A stretch of DNA of 64,000 nt from an uncultured Verrucomicrobiae bacterium. Its GTDB lineage: Bacteria > Verrucomicrobiota > Verrucomicrobiia > Limisphaerales > Palsa-1400. A program made the translations under genes and the position numbers. The notes beneath the pieces are model-generated. The model worked only from the letters and a program-made list of their open reading frames with translations. It did not search any database and had not been told where the DNA came from. The DNA lies in NCBI GenBank assembly GCA_963702845.1, contig OY969763.1, forward strand, positions 1,152,001 through 1,216,000, written 5' to 3'. Position 1 is the stretch's first letter. Every line of letters begins with the position of its first letter. Positions 34,589 to 43,720 of the stretch are shown here, in pieces.

Positions 34589-35250
34589 ATGACTCCTCAT
34601 CGGGAAATAGTCCAACTCCGACAGCTCCTCGCCGAGCGTTTCCCGCACCTCAGGAATTGGACCGACACGCCGCCCGCGCCAACTTTTTGGAAAACCGGCA
34701 TCGACCATCTTGATCACTTGATCGGCGGCGGCTTGGCAAAAGGCTCCATCACCGAAATCGTGGAGCAAAATCTGCCTCCGGCAGCGGTCTCTTGTTGCAT
34801 ACGCTCATTCAACAAGCCCACACCACGCAGCAAATCATCGTCCTTATCGACGCCGCCGATTCCTTCGACCCATGCTCCTTCGATCAGGAAACCTTGTCGC
34901 GCCTTCTCTGGGTCCGTTGCAAAAACGCCGCCGAAGCACTCAAAGCCACCGACATCATCCTGCGCGACCGCAATCTGCCATTGGTGTTGCTCGACCTGAA
35001 AATGAACCCAGCCGCGCAGCTCCGAAAAATTTCCGGCACAACCTGGTATCGCCTCCAACGCATCGTCCAACAAAACGGCACCGCGTGTGTCGTGTTCACT
35101 CCAAATGCGATGGTGAGCAGCACCGAAGTCCGAATTTCCTTAGACACGCATTTCAACATCACCGCGCTATCGCACACGCAAGAAGAACTCATCCCTGAAC
35201 TCCAATTCAATTTAGATCGCGAAAACTTGAGAGCCGTGGAGGTCGGCTAA
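34589..35250 (+). CDS. imuA: ImuA-like RecA-fold protein (frameshift ~34780)
   Basis: WKTGIDHLDHLIGGGLAKGSITEIV, then VLIDAADSFDP..LLWVRC..ALKATDIILRD..LVLLD. First gene before imuB and dnaE2. Confidence 0.82.
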
Positions 35251-35271
35251 CAGGACGCGCTGTTTCGATAT

Positions 35272-35338
35272 GGAACTTGGAGCTTCTCTGGATCTTGGAG
35301 TTTTTATGAATTTTGGAGTTTGAATTTTGAAGTTTCCA
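35272..35338. repeat. Degenerate heptamer tandem repeat (TTGGARY/TTTGAAT-like)
   Basis: TGGAACT TGGAGCT .. TGGATCT TGGAGTT .. TGGAGTT TGAATTT TGAAGTT, between imuA and imuB. Confidence 0.7.
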
Positions 35339-35339
35339 A

Positions 35340-36944
35340 ATGTTCGCCGTCATCTACATCCCCAACTTCCACCTCCAAGCCGCCTTGCGACTTGAGCCCG
35401 AGCTACGCACTCGTCCCGTCGCGCTCATCGACGACCGACTCCCCAAAGCCACAATTTTCCAACTCACCGAAGCCGCCGCCAACTCCGGCGTCAACATCGG
35501 CCTGACCTCCACCCAAGCCATGGCCCGCTGTCGCGACATCATCATCCGCTCCCGTTCCATCGCGCAGGAAGAAGCCGCCACCGAAACGTTGCTCCAATGC
35601 GCCTACTGTTTTTCGCCCAACATCGAATCCACCGCCGCCGGAATTTGCACGATTGATTTGCAAGGCCTCAATATTTGTAGGAGACGAGGCGACGAGTCTC
35701 TAACTTTACCTGGCGTTGAGGACGCCAACACGTCAGAGAATCATCACGTCGTCTCTTATACAGAAGAATGGGCTGACAAAATCCTTTTCGCTTTAGGTCA
35801 ACTCGGCTTCGAAGCACAACTCGGCCTGGCCGAAACGCCTACGCTCGCATTGCAAGCCGCGAAACACGCATCTTCTCCCTCTCTTCCCGAGGGGAGGAGA
35901 GGGCCGGGGAGAGGAGGCATTTTGTTCGTAGAAAATCCCGACACCTTCATCACGTCCCTCCCCATCGAAAGCCTCTCCCCACCATCCGAAATTTTCGAAG
36001 TCCTGCAAAAATGGGGCATCCACACCGTCGGCGCCTTCCTCGCCCTCGGCAAAGACAGACTCGCCGAACGTCTCGGCCCCGAAGCCGTCGAACTTTTCGA
36101 TTCAGTTTCGACGCACGAAATCCGTCCGCTCAAGCTCTACATTCCCTCAGCCGTTTTCGAAGAGTCCATCGAATTTGAAAACCCCATCGAAACCCTCGAG
36201 CCACTCCTGTTCATACTCAAACGTTTCGTCGATCAACTCAGCCGCCGTTTTGAAATCATCTACCTCGTCGCTGGCGAATTGCATCTGTGCATTGGTCTGC
36301 AATCAGGCCAAAACTACGAACACACATTCCGCGTTCCCGCACCCACTCGCGATGTGGAAACACTCTTCCGCATGCTCCACACGCATTTGGAAAATGTGCG
36401 AACAGAAACCCCAATCATTTCACTCACACTCGCCGCCAAACCCTGCCGCGCCGGCAACCACCAATTCGGCCTCTTCGAAGTCGCCCTGCGCGACCCAAAC
36501 CAATTTCACGAAACGTTGGCACGGCTGACCGGCCTATTGGGCCCCAACCGCGCCGGCACTCCGCGATTAGAGCAAAGCCACCGTCCCGACGCCTTCAAAA
36601 TGGAGTCCCCCAATTTCGAATCCGATCCTGCAGTGCGGGACGGTAAGCAACTTTTGAAATCCGAAATTTCAAATTTAAAATTCAAAGTCCTCGGCCCGCC
36701 GCTACGTCGCTTTCGTCCTGCAATTCGCACTACAGTCGAAATCCGCAACAACAAACCAGTTCTGATGCACAGCAGCCAATTCACCGGCCCAATCAAAGAA
36801 GCCCGCGGCCCCTGGCGCATCTCCGGCAACTGGTGGGAAAACGGTTGGGGCCGCGACGAGTGGGACATCGAAACCACAAACGGCGACATCTTCCGCCTCG
36901 CCCAACAAAACGACGAATGGTCGATAGAAGGAGCGTTGGACTAG
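35340..36944 (+). CDS. imuB: ImuB, Y-family polymerase-like protein
   Basis: MFAVIYIPNFHLQA, FSPNIE, QFGLF clamp-like motif, GPWRISGNWW..RDEWD C-terminus. Confidence 0.9.
   Translation: MFAVIYIPNFHLQAALRLEPELRTRPVALIDDRLPKATIFQLTEAAANSGVNIGLTSTQAMARCRDIIIRSRSIAQEEAATETLLQCAYCFSPNIESTAAGICTIDLQGLNICRRRGDESLTLPGVEDANTSENHHVVSYTEEWADKILFALGQLGFEAQLGLAETPTLALQAAKHASSPSLPEGRRGPGRGGILFVENPDTFITSLPIESLSPPSEIFEVLQKWGIHTVGAFLALGKDRLAERLGPEAVELFDSVSTHEIRPLKLYIPSAVFEESIEFENPIETLEPLLFILKRFVDQLSRRFEIIYLVAGELHLCIGLQSGQNYEHTFRVPAPTRDVETLFRMLHTHLENVRTETPIISLTLAAKPCRAGNHQFGLFEVALRDPNQFHETLARLTGLLGPNRAGTPRLEQSHRPDAFKMESPNFESDPAVRDGKQLLKSEISNLKFKVLGPPLRRFRPAIRTTVEIRNNKPVLMHSSQFTGPIKEARGPWRISGNWWENGWGRDEWDIETTNGDIFRLAQQNDEWSIEGALD
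35676..35760. repeat. GTAG-type REP doublet, in frame in imuB
   Basis: TGTAGGAGACGAGGCGACGAGTCTCT with a degenerate inverted arm at 35735-35760. Encodes CRRRGDESLTL..HHVVSY. Confidence 0.8.
35874..35917. repeat. CCCTCTC..GAGAGGG-type palindromic repeat, in frame in imuB
   Basis: CCCTCTCTTCCCGAGGGGAGGAGAGGG-CCGGGGAGAGGAGG, encoding SPSLPEGRRGPGRGG. Confidence 0.75.
36653..36686. repeat. Heptamer tandem repeat, in frame in imuB
   Basis: TTTGAAA TCCGAAA TTTCAAA TTTAAAA TTCAAA, encoding LKSEISNLKFK. Confidence 0.75.
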
Positions 36945-36958
36945 CGATGAAACCTCAG

Positions 36959-37312
36959 TTACATCACGACATGGACCGATTGCCTGTCCAACTCCACCAG
37001 GGAATTCTGCTCCAGGGCAGCGATAATTTGCGGCAGATGTTTTTCGAACAGCGCGATGAGATCGTTTTTGCGAATGTTGCCCGTGCGCACGAGCAACAAC
37101 TTCCACGGTTTTCCGTGCAGAAGATGCGAGTGATAAAAGTCGGAATCTTTGGTGATCAGCACGCGTCGGTGCTCCAAGGAGAGTTTATTCAACGTCTCAT
37201 CAACCGTCTGATTTTGTGCAGGGAGATTTATCGTGTGGATGGCATCATGTCCCGCGATTTGCAGCAGCTTGCACAAGCTTGGCGGAACGTGTGCGTCCAC
37301 CAGAAAGTTCAT
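36959..37312 (-). CDS. DUF5615 family PIN-like putative toxin
   Basis: MNFLVDAHVP..GHDAIH..D..RVLITKDSDF. Confidence 0.88.
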   Translation of the reverse strand: MNFLVDAHVPPSLCKLLQIAGHDAIHTINLPAQNQTVDETLNKLSLEHRRVLITKDSDFYHSHLLHGKPWKLLLVRTGNIRKNDLIALFEKHLPQIIAALEQNSLVELDRQSVHVVM

Positions 37313-37542
37313 GCCAACACTAGATGCTTACTCTTGAGCTTCAACGACTGCGTCGCGAATTCGAGGCACGCCTGTAAGTCTTCGCGTTCCAAGTCCGGAA
37401 ATTCAGCGAGGAGATCTTCGAAAGTATCACCGGCAGTGAGATATTCGAGCATAGCTTCCACAGGATACCGGAGATGCCGAATGGCTGGTTTGCCATGGCA
37501 AATCTCGGGATCAATTGTGATTCGAGAAAGCAGGTCGCTCAT
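37309..37542 (-). CDS. DUF433 family putative antitoxin
   Basis: RITIDPEICHGKPAIR..PVE..LLAEFPDLEREDLQACLEFA. Overlaps the toxin start by 4 bp. Confidence 0.9.
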   Translation of the reverse strand: MSDLLSRITIDPEICHGKPAIRHLRYPVEAMLEYLTAGDTFEDLLAEFPDLEREDLQACLEFATQSLKLKSKHLVLA

Positions 37543-37610
37543 ACGTTCCAACATACCGGTTTTAAGCAGCCATTACAAGCAATGCCATTTTCAGCCAAGT
37601 AGTTGATTGT

Positions 37611-40600
37611 ATGTACGTCGAACTCCATTCTCGCAGTGCTTTCAGCTTTTTGCGCGGCAGTTCTCTGCCGGAGCAATTGGCCGAAGTCGCTGCCGAATTG
37701 CAAATGCCCACGCTGGCACTTTGCGATCGTGATGGAGTTTACGGCGCACCGCGATTCTTCGCCGCCGCCAAAGAAAAAAATCTCCGTCCAATCATCGGCG
37801 CAGAATTGACGATGGAAGACGGCAGCGTCTTGCCCGTGCTCGTCGAAAACCGCGGCGGCTACCAACACCTCTGCCAACTCCTCACCCGCGGCCATCTTCG
37901 CAGTGCCAAAGGCGAAACCAAATTCCGCTGGAGCGAGCTTCCCGAATTTGCCGAAGGTCTAGTTGCGCTCACTGGCGACGAAGAAGGCCCGCTCATCAAA
38001 AACCTTTTCTCTTGTAGGAGACGAGGTAACGAGTCTCTAACTTTAAAAAAAGAAAATCAGAGACTCGTCACCTCGCCTCCTACACAAGCTCTAGATAAGC
38101 TCATCGAAACCTTCGGCCCCAATCGCGTCTTCATCGAAATCCAGCGCCACCACCTCCGTGGCGAAGAACGCATCAACAACGCTCTCATCCAACTCGCCGA
38201 ACACACGCGCCTCCCACTCCTCGCCACAAACGGCGTCCTCTACGCCAAGCCTTACGCCCGCCAGGTCCACGACGTCTTCACCTGCATCCGCAATCACACG
38301 CACTTGGACGCCGCCGGCACCTTGCTCGCGCCCAACAGCGAACGCTTCCTCAAAACTGCGGTCGAAATGGAATCCCTCTTCCACGATTTGCCTCAAGCCA
38401 TCGAAAACACCGCGCGCCTCGCCGATCGCCTGCAATTCACACTGGCCGATCTTGGCTACGAATTTCCAAAATTCCCAGTCGGTCCCGGCGAAACCATGGA
38501 CGGCGTTCTGCGCGAACAAACCTTGGTTGGCGCGCGCAAACGTTACGACGGCACAATCCCCGAGAAAGTCGCCAAACAAATCAAACACGAGTTAGCGCTC
38601 ATCGAAAAACTCGGGTTCGCCGGTTACTTCCTCATTGTCGCCGACCTCGTAAAATTCTGCTGCGAAAACGACATCATGTGCCAGGGCAGGGGAAGCGCCG
38701 CCAACAGCACCGTTTGTTTTTGTCTCGGCATCACCGCCGTCGACCCGCTCAAGTTCAACACACTGTTCGAGCGTTTTCTAAGCGAAGGCCGCAAAGGCTG
38801 GCCCGACATTGATATTGATTTGCCGAGCGGCGACCGACGCGAACGCGTCATTCAGGAAGTCTATCGTCGTTACGGCAAACACGGCGCCGCCATGACCGCG
38901 AACGTCATCAGCTACCGCGGCAAAAGCGCCGCACGCGAAATCGGCAAAGCACTCAATTTATCCAACGACGTCATTGACCGTTTCTCTCATCTGTTCGCAA
39001 ATGGCGATTTCCCGCACACCATGGAACTCGCGCAGCAAATGGAACAGGCCGGTCTGCCTGCCGACCATCCGCGCGCCGCGTCATTCGTGAATCTTTACAA
39101 ACAGATTTACGCTTTGCCGCGCCACCTCGGCCAACACTCCGGCGGCATGATTATTTGTCAGGGCAAACTTAGTTCCATTGTTCCACTTGAAAACGCCTCC
39201 ATGCCCGGCCGCGTCGTCGCGCAATGGGACAAAGACGATTGCGAAGACCTCGGTATCATTAAAGTGGATTTGCTCGGCCTCGGCATGATGTCCGTTCTGC
39301 AAGACGCCATCAAACTAACCGAACAACGCGGCCATCCTGTCGATCTTGCTCGCATCCCCGTCGACGACGCGCCCACGTTCAAGATGATGCAAGAAGCCGA
39401 CACCATCGGCGTTTTCCAAATCGAAAGCCGCGCGCAAATGGCCACCTTGCCGCGCATGAAGCCGGATTGTTTTTACGATGTGGTTATCGAAGTCGCGATT
39501 ATCCGCCCGGGACCGATTCAAGGCGACTTGATGCATCCGTATCTGAATCGCAGGGCAGGCCGTGAACCCGAGACTTATTACGATGAGAAATTGCGCCCTG
39601 TTCTGGAGCGCACGAAGGGCGTACCGCTTTTTCAGGAACAACTCCTTCAAATTGCGATGGTCATGGCCGACCTATCTCCAAGCGAGGCTGAGGATTTACG
39701 CCGCGCCTTGAGTTTTCATCGTTCCGAAGAACGCATGAACAAAGTTGTGGTGAAGATGAAAAGTAAGATGGAGCAAAAAGGAATCGCTGCTGATGTCATC
39801 GGAAAAATTCTCAAGTGGATTGGATCGTTTGCTCTTTACGGTTTTCCAGAATCGCACACCATCAGCTTCGCCATTCTCGCTTATGGCAGCACCTATTTGA
39901 AAGTCCATCACGCCCCCGAATTTTACGCGAGCCTTCTCAACAATCAGCCAATGGGTTTTTATTCGCCGGCGACAATCGTGAAAGATGCCAAACGTCATGG
40001 TGTCAAAACTCGTCCGATCTGTATCGAGAGTTCTGATTGGCTTTGTACAGTCGAAGACGATGGCTCGATACGGTTGGGCTTCTGTGTTGTGCAAGGTCTT
40101 CGTCTCGAACACGGTCAACGCATCATCCAACAGCGGGCACGTAAACCGTTTGGTTCAATAGACGATTTCAAATGGCGCACAGGATTGAACAAAGCCGAAT
40201 TGCGGACCTTGGCCGAAATCGGCGCATTGAATAAGCTCGCCAAACACCGTCGCGATGTGCTCTGGCAAATCGAGAAGGACAGTTGCGAGTTCGACCTCTT
40301 CAATTTCCGGAGAGACGAATCACACGAATCCCAACCTTCTCCTCTGGCCATTATGGACGCAGTCGAACGCGTTCGCGCCGACTATCGCGGAACCAATCTT
40401 ACGACGGGACCGCATCCCATGACCCTAGTGCGTGCCGACTTGCCCGACGTTTGGCGTGCAGCCGATCTCTCTAAAAGCCGTAACGGCGAAACAATCCGCA
40501 TCGCCGGCAATGTCATTTGCCGTCAACGCCCCGGCACTGCCAAAGGCTTCGTCTTCATTAGCCTCGAAGACGAAACCGGAATCAGTAACGCAATCGTCAA

Positions 40601-40766
40601 TCCAGACCTATTCGAGGAACTCCGCCTCGTAATTACACACGAGCCATTCCTCATCATTGAAGGCATTGTCCAAAACAGGGAGAATGTTGTTTTGGTTCAG
40701 GCAAGGCGAATCATGCCCATGCCTAATGAGTCGCTTGCTGCCGCGCCGTCGTACGACTTCCACTAA
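37611..40766 (+). CDS. dnaE2: Error-prone DNA polymerase DnaE2 (ImuC)
   Basis: YVELHSRSAFSFLRG, QGRGSAANS, PDIDID, PRHLGQHSGG, KVDLLGLGM, FQIESRAQM, RQRPGTAKG, C-terminal SYDFH. Confidence 0.96.
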   Translation: MYVELHSRSAFSFLRGSSLPEQLAEVAAELQMPTLALCDRDGVYGAPRFFAAAKEKNLRPIIGAELTMEDGSVLPVLVENRGGYQHLCQLLTRGHLRSAKGETKFRWSELPEFAEGLVALTGDEEGPLIKNLFSCRRRGNESLTLKKENQRLVTSPPTQALDKLIETFGPNRVFIEIQRHHLRGEERINNALIQLAEHTRLPLLATNGVLYAKPYARQVHDVFTCIRNHTHLDAAGTLLAPNSERFLKTAVEMESLFHDLPQAIENTARLADRLQFTLADLGYEFPKFPVGPGETMDGVLREQTLVGARKRYDGTIPEKVAKQIKHELALIEKLGFAGYFLIVADLVKFCCENDIMCQGRGSAANSTVCFCLGITAVDPLKFNTLFERFLSEGRKGWPDIDIDLPSGDRRERVIQEVYRRYGKHGAAMTANVISYRGKSAAREIGKALNLSNDVIDRFSHLFANGDFPHTMELAQQMEQAGLPADHPRAASFVNLYKQIYALPRHLGQHSGGMIICQGKLSSIVPLENASMPGRVVAQWDKDDCEDLGIIKVDLLGLGMMSVLQDAIKLTEQRGHPVDLARIPVDDAPTFKMMQEADTIGVFQIESRAQMATLPRMKPDCFYDVVIEVAIIRPGPIQGDLMHPYLNRRAGREPETYYDEKLRPVLERTKGVPLFQEQLLQIAMVMADLSPSEAEDLRRALSFHRSEERMNKVVVKMKSKMEQKGIAADVIGKILKWIGSFALYGFPESHTISFAILAYGSTYLKVHHAPEFYASLLNNQPMGFYSPATIVKDAKRHGVKTRPICIESSDWLCTVEDDGSIRLGFCVVQGLRLEHGQRIIQQRARKPFGSIDDFKWRTGLNKAELRTLAEIGALNKLAKHRRDVLWQIEKDSCEFDLFNFRRDESHESQPSPLAIMDAVERVRADYRGTNLTTGPHPMTLVRADLPDVWRAADLSKSRNGETIRIAGNVICRQRPGTAKGFVFISLEDETGISNAIVNPDLFEELRLVITHEPFLIIEGIVQNRENVVLVQARRIMPMPNESLAAAPSYDFH
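38013..38084. repeat. GTAG-type REP doublet (72 bp), in frame in the dnaE2 PHP domain
   Basis: 26 bp arms at 38013-38038 and 38059-38084 are 24/26 complementary. Encodes CRRRGNESLTLKKENQRLVTSPPT. Confidence 0.9.
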
Positions 40767-41431
40767 ATGAGCTTCTTTAACTTCCTCAAATCCTCGGTGA
40801 ATCTTTCACGTTCGCGATGCCGCGTCTCTTCATCCGGCGTGCGCAAGATGGCCGAGGGATGCACCGTTGCCATCACATGGAATCCAGAGTTTGTTTCAAT
40901 TAACTCTCCGTGCCGTTCCGTCACCCTAAAATTACGTCCCAACAACGCCTGCGCCGCCGTTGCTCCGAGACAAACCACTACCTTCGGTTTGAGTAATGCG
41001 ATTTCCGCATCCAACCACGGCCGGCACGCCGCGATCTCTTTCGCATTCGGTGTTTTATGAATGCGTCGCTTCCCCGCCGGTTCCCATTTGAAATGTTTCA
41101 CAGCGTTGGTGACATAACACTCACTGCGCTTGATACCCACTTCTTCCAATGCGAGGTCGAGAAGTTTTCCAGCAGGTCCAACGAACGGATGCCCGGCGAT
41201 GTCTTCCTCATCCCCCGGTTGTTCACCAACAAGGATGATCTTCGCCTTCAACGGCCCTTCTCCAAAAACCGTTTGCGTTGCGCCCTTCCAAAGCGGGCAA
41301 GCCGTGCAACCAAGCGCAGTTTTGCGAAGGTTTTCGTAAGTGGGATTCGCAGGGACCAGTGGCGCGGCAGTTTGCACTGCAGCCTTCTTGCCCGCGCGTT
41401 TTCGAACCGGAGTATCCAACACTTGTGCCAT
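40763..41431 (-). CDS. udgX: UdgX-type family 4 uracil-DNA glycosylase
   Basis: CTACPL, GEQPGDEED, PFVGPAG, TNAVKHFKW, diagnostic KRRIH loop, HPSAILR. Confidence 0.9.
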   Translation of the reverse strand: MAQVLDTPVRKRAGKKAAVQTAAPLVPANPTYENLRKTALGCTACPLWKGATQTVFGEGPLKAKIILVGEQPGDEEDIAGHPFVGPAGKLLDLALEEVGIKRSECYVTNAVKHFKWEPAGKRRIHKTPNAKEIAACRPWLDAEIALLKPKVVVCLGATAAQALLGRNFRVTERHGELIETNSGFHVMATVHPSAILRTPDEETRHRERERFTEDLRKLKKLI

Positions 41432-41455
41432 GCTCCCAATCTAGCACGAATTCAA

Positions 41456-42385
41456 TCAGCCCCAAACTTCTGCTTGCCGCAGTTGTTTCAACAGCAATTG
41501 CTCCAGCGACGTATCCGAGCTAACACTGAAGAAGCTTGCGCCGCGCGCCTGACAAAACTCGCGCAATCGTTGGCAGTAGTTCTGAACGGTCTGCTGGTAA
41601 TGCTTGAGCCGGTATTTCCCGAACGTCACTTCCTGCATCACGCCCGTTTCCGAATCGACCAGTTTGAGGTCGCCGTAGGTCGATGGATTCAATTCTTCCG
41701 GCGAGAGAATCTGAATCGCGTTGATATGAAAGCCACGTCCGATCAGCGCATTGAGACCGGGCTCGTATCCAGCAGGATCAAGAAAGTCACTCAGCACGAC
41801 CGCTACGCCCGCCTGCCTTGCTGCGAGTGCGCCACGTCGAAGCGACTCATTGAAATCACAAGCCCCGCGAGCGGTGAGCGCGCCGAGATTTTGGAAGAAC
41901 TGCATCGAAGATTTCCGTCCACGCACTGCGCGCAATCCGCCGCGGGCCGCCGCTTCTCCGCTAAGCGCCTGACGGTCGAGATTCGGATTGTTCATATCCA
42001 AATCGGGAAACGGGTAAACAGTGACACGATCAAATCCGCACAGCGCGACGTATCCAACGGCCGCCGCAATCTGGCGAGCAAAATCAAATTTTGGCGGCGT
42101 CCCGAAACTCATCGATTCGCTGGCATCGAGAAAAATGCGGACCGGCAATTCGCGTTCCTCTTCGTAGAGTTTGAGGAACAACTTGTCGAGCCGTCCATAG
42201 AGATTCCAGTCGAGATACCGGAAGTCGTCGCCAGCGACATAGTTGCGGTAGTCGGCGAATTCAACGGATTGCCCGCGCGCTTTGCTGCGGCGTTCACCTT
42301 TGGCCGAACTCTTCGCGCGGCGTGCCGCCAGCAATTGGAATTGTTCCAATCGTCGCAACAGGTCTGGTGTGAGCAAGGCGCTCAT
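41456..42385 (-). CDS. DUF58 domain protein
   Basis: GQSVEFADYRNY..GDDFRYLDWN..DASESM..VLSDF. Confidence 0.92.
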   Translation of the reverse strand: MSALLTPDLLRRLEQFQLLAARRAKSSAKGERRSKARGQSVEFADYRNYVAGDDFRYLDWNLYGRLDKLFLKLYEEERELPVRIFLDASESMSFGTPPKFDFARQIAAAVGYVALCGFDRVTVYPFPDLDMNNPNLDRQALSGEAAARGGLRAVRGRKSSMQFFQNLGALTARGACDFNESLRRGALAARQAGVAVVLSDFLDPAGYEPGLNALIGRGFHINAIQILSPEELNPSTYGDLKLVDSETGVMQEVTFGKYRLKHYQQTVQNYCQRLREFCQARGASFFSVSSDTSLEQLLLKQLRQAEVWG

Positions 42386-42391
42386 TCACGA

Positions 42392-43393
42392 TTAGACTTC
42401 AATCGCTGCAACATCGCGCGGGACGTCCTGGAGGATTTGCGTGATGATGTGATCGGTGGTGATGCCTTCGGCTTCGGCTTCGAAATTCAGAATCAAACGA
42501 TGACGCAATGCCGCTGCTGTCACGGCTTCGATGTCTTCGAAGCTGACGTTGAAACGGCCATGGGTGAGGGCGCGGACTTTGCCGGCCAGCATCAAAGTTT
42601 GGCCGCCACGTGGGCTGCTGCCGAAGCGCAGGTATTGGTTCGTGATCGGGACAGCGGTTTCGCTTTTTGGATGGGTCGCGAGGACAAGGCGCACGGCGTA
42701 GTCTTTGACGTGGGATGCGACCGGGACTTGCCGGACGAGCTTTTGAAGTTCGAGAACTTGCTCCTTCGCCAGCACGCGGTTGACTTGCACTTTCTTTCCT
42801 TCGGTCGTGCGGGTGAGGACTTCGGTCAGTTCCGCGCCGGAAGGGTAACCGACAATCAGTTTAAAAAAGAACCGGTCGAGTTGTGCTTCGGGAAGAGGAT
42901 AGGTTCCTTCCTGATCAATCGGATTTTGCGTCGCGAGAACGAAGAAAGGTTCGTCGAGCTTACGAATCTGACCGCCGGCAGTGACGCTCTTTTCCTGCAT
43001 CGCTTCCAACATCGCAGACTGCGTCTTCGGTGTGGCGCGGTTGATTTCGTCGGCGAGCACGAGGTGCGCAAAAATGGGACCGTGTTGAAACTGGAACTCG
43101 CGTTTGCCGCCCGGCGTTTCCATCACGATGTTCGTGCCGAGAATGTCCGCTGGCATCAGGTCCGGCGTGAACTGGATGCGGTTGAAACTCATGTCGAGCA
43201 CTTCGCTCAGCGTACGGACGAGGAGCGTTTTACCGAGTCCGGGCACGCCTTCGAGCAGGACATGGCCACCGCCGAAGACGGCGATGAGGGTGCCTTCAAC
43301 GATCTCGTCGTGGCCAACGATGACTTTGCCGATTTCGGCGCGGAGAGATTCGTAAGCGTTGCGGAATTGTTGGATCTGCTCTTCGGTATTCAT
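42392..43393 (-). CDS. moxR: MoxR family AAA+ ATPase
   Basis: HVLLEGVPGLGKT, RIQFTPDLMPAD, LADEINRA, ATQNP..EGTYPLPEAQLDRF. Confidence 0.95.
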   Translation of the reverse strand: MNTEEQIQQFRNAYESLRAEIGKVIVGHDEIVEGTLIAVFGGGHVLLEGVPGLGKTLLVRTLSEVLDMSFNRIQFTPDLMPADILGTNIVMETPGGKREFQFQHGPIFAHLVLADEINRATPKTQSAMLEAMQEKSVTAGGQIRKLDEPFFVLATQNPIDQEGTYPLPEAQLDRFFFKLIVGYPSGAELTEVLTRTTEGKKVQVNRVLAKEQVLELQKLVRQVPVASHVKDYAVRLVLATHPKSETAVPITNQYLRFGSSPRGGQTLMLAGKVRALTHGRFNVSFEDIEAVTAAALRHRLILNFEAEAEGITTDHIITQILQDVPRDVAAIEV

Positions 43394-43410
43394 GACGCCA
43401 TTCCTTTTTA

Positions 43411-43460
43411 ACTGCAATCAGGTGCAATTAGCTGCAAACAGGTGCAATCGACTGCAACTG
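43411..43460. repeat. 10 bp-period tandem array x5 (TGCAA core)
   Basis: ACTGCAATCA GGTGCAATTA GCTGCAAACA GGTGCAATCG ACTGCAACTG. Confidence 0.88.
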
Positions 43461-43538
43461 ACCCCGAATCTAGCGAAAGGGTTATGAAAGGCGAGCAGAA
43501 TGAGGAACGGTGGGGGCACCCTTCCCGGGGTGTAGACC

Positions 43539-43630
43539 CGTTACATCGTTACAACCCTTGTAAACATTGGGGATTTTTGCGTTTTTACCCGTAACATTGG
43601 CCGTTACAAACCCTCTGCGGACCCGTTACA
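43539..43630. repeat. CGTTACA/CGTAACA cluster (5 copies)
   Basis: Copies at 43539, 43547, 43590, 43602 and 43624. Confidence 0.75.
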
Positions 43631-43720
43631 AAAGGCGAAGGGGCGAGTGCAGGGACGGCGTTATTTGAGACGAACGTTGGTGGCTGCAAACCGCTTGCTC
43701 ACGCGCGCGGCTCGGTTGAA

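Noticed and set aside
41057..43411. 784 aa + strand ORF
   Set aside because: Antisense shadow of moxR, DUF58 and udgX, with no recognisable motifs.
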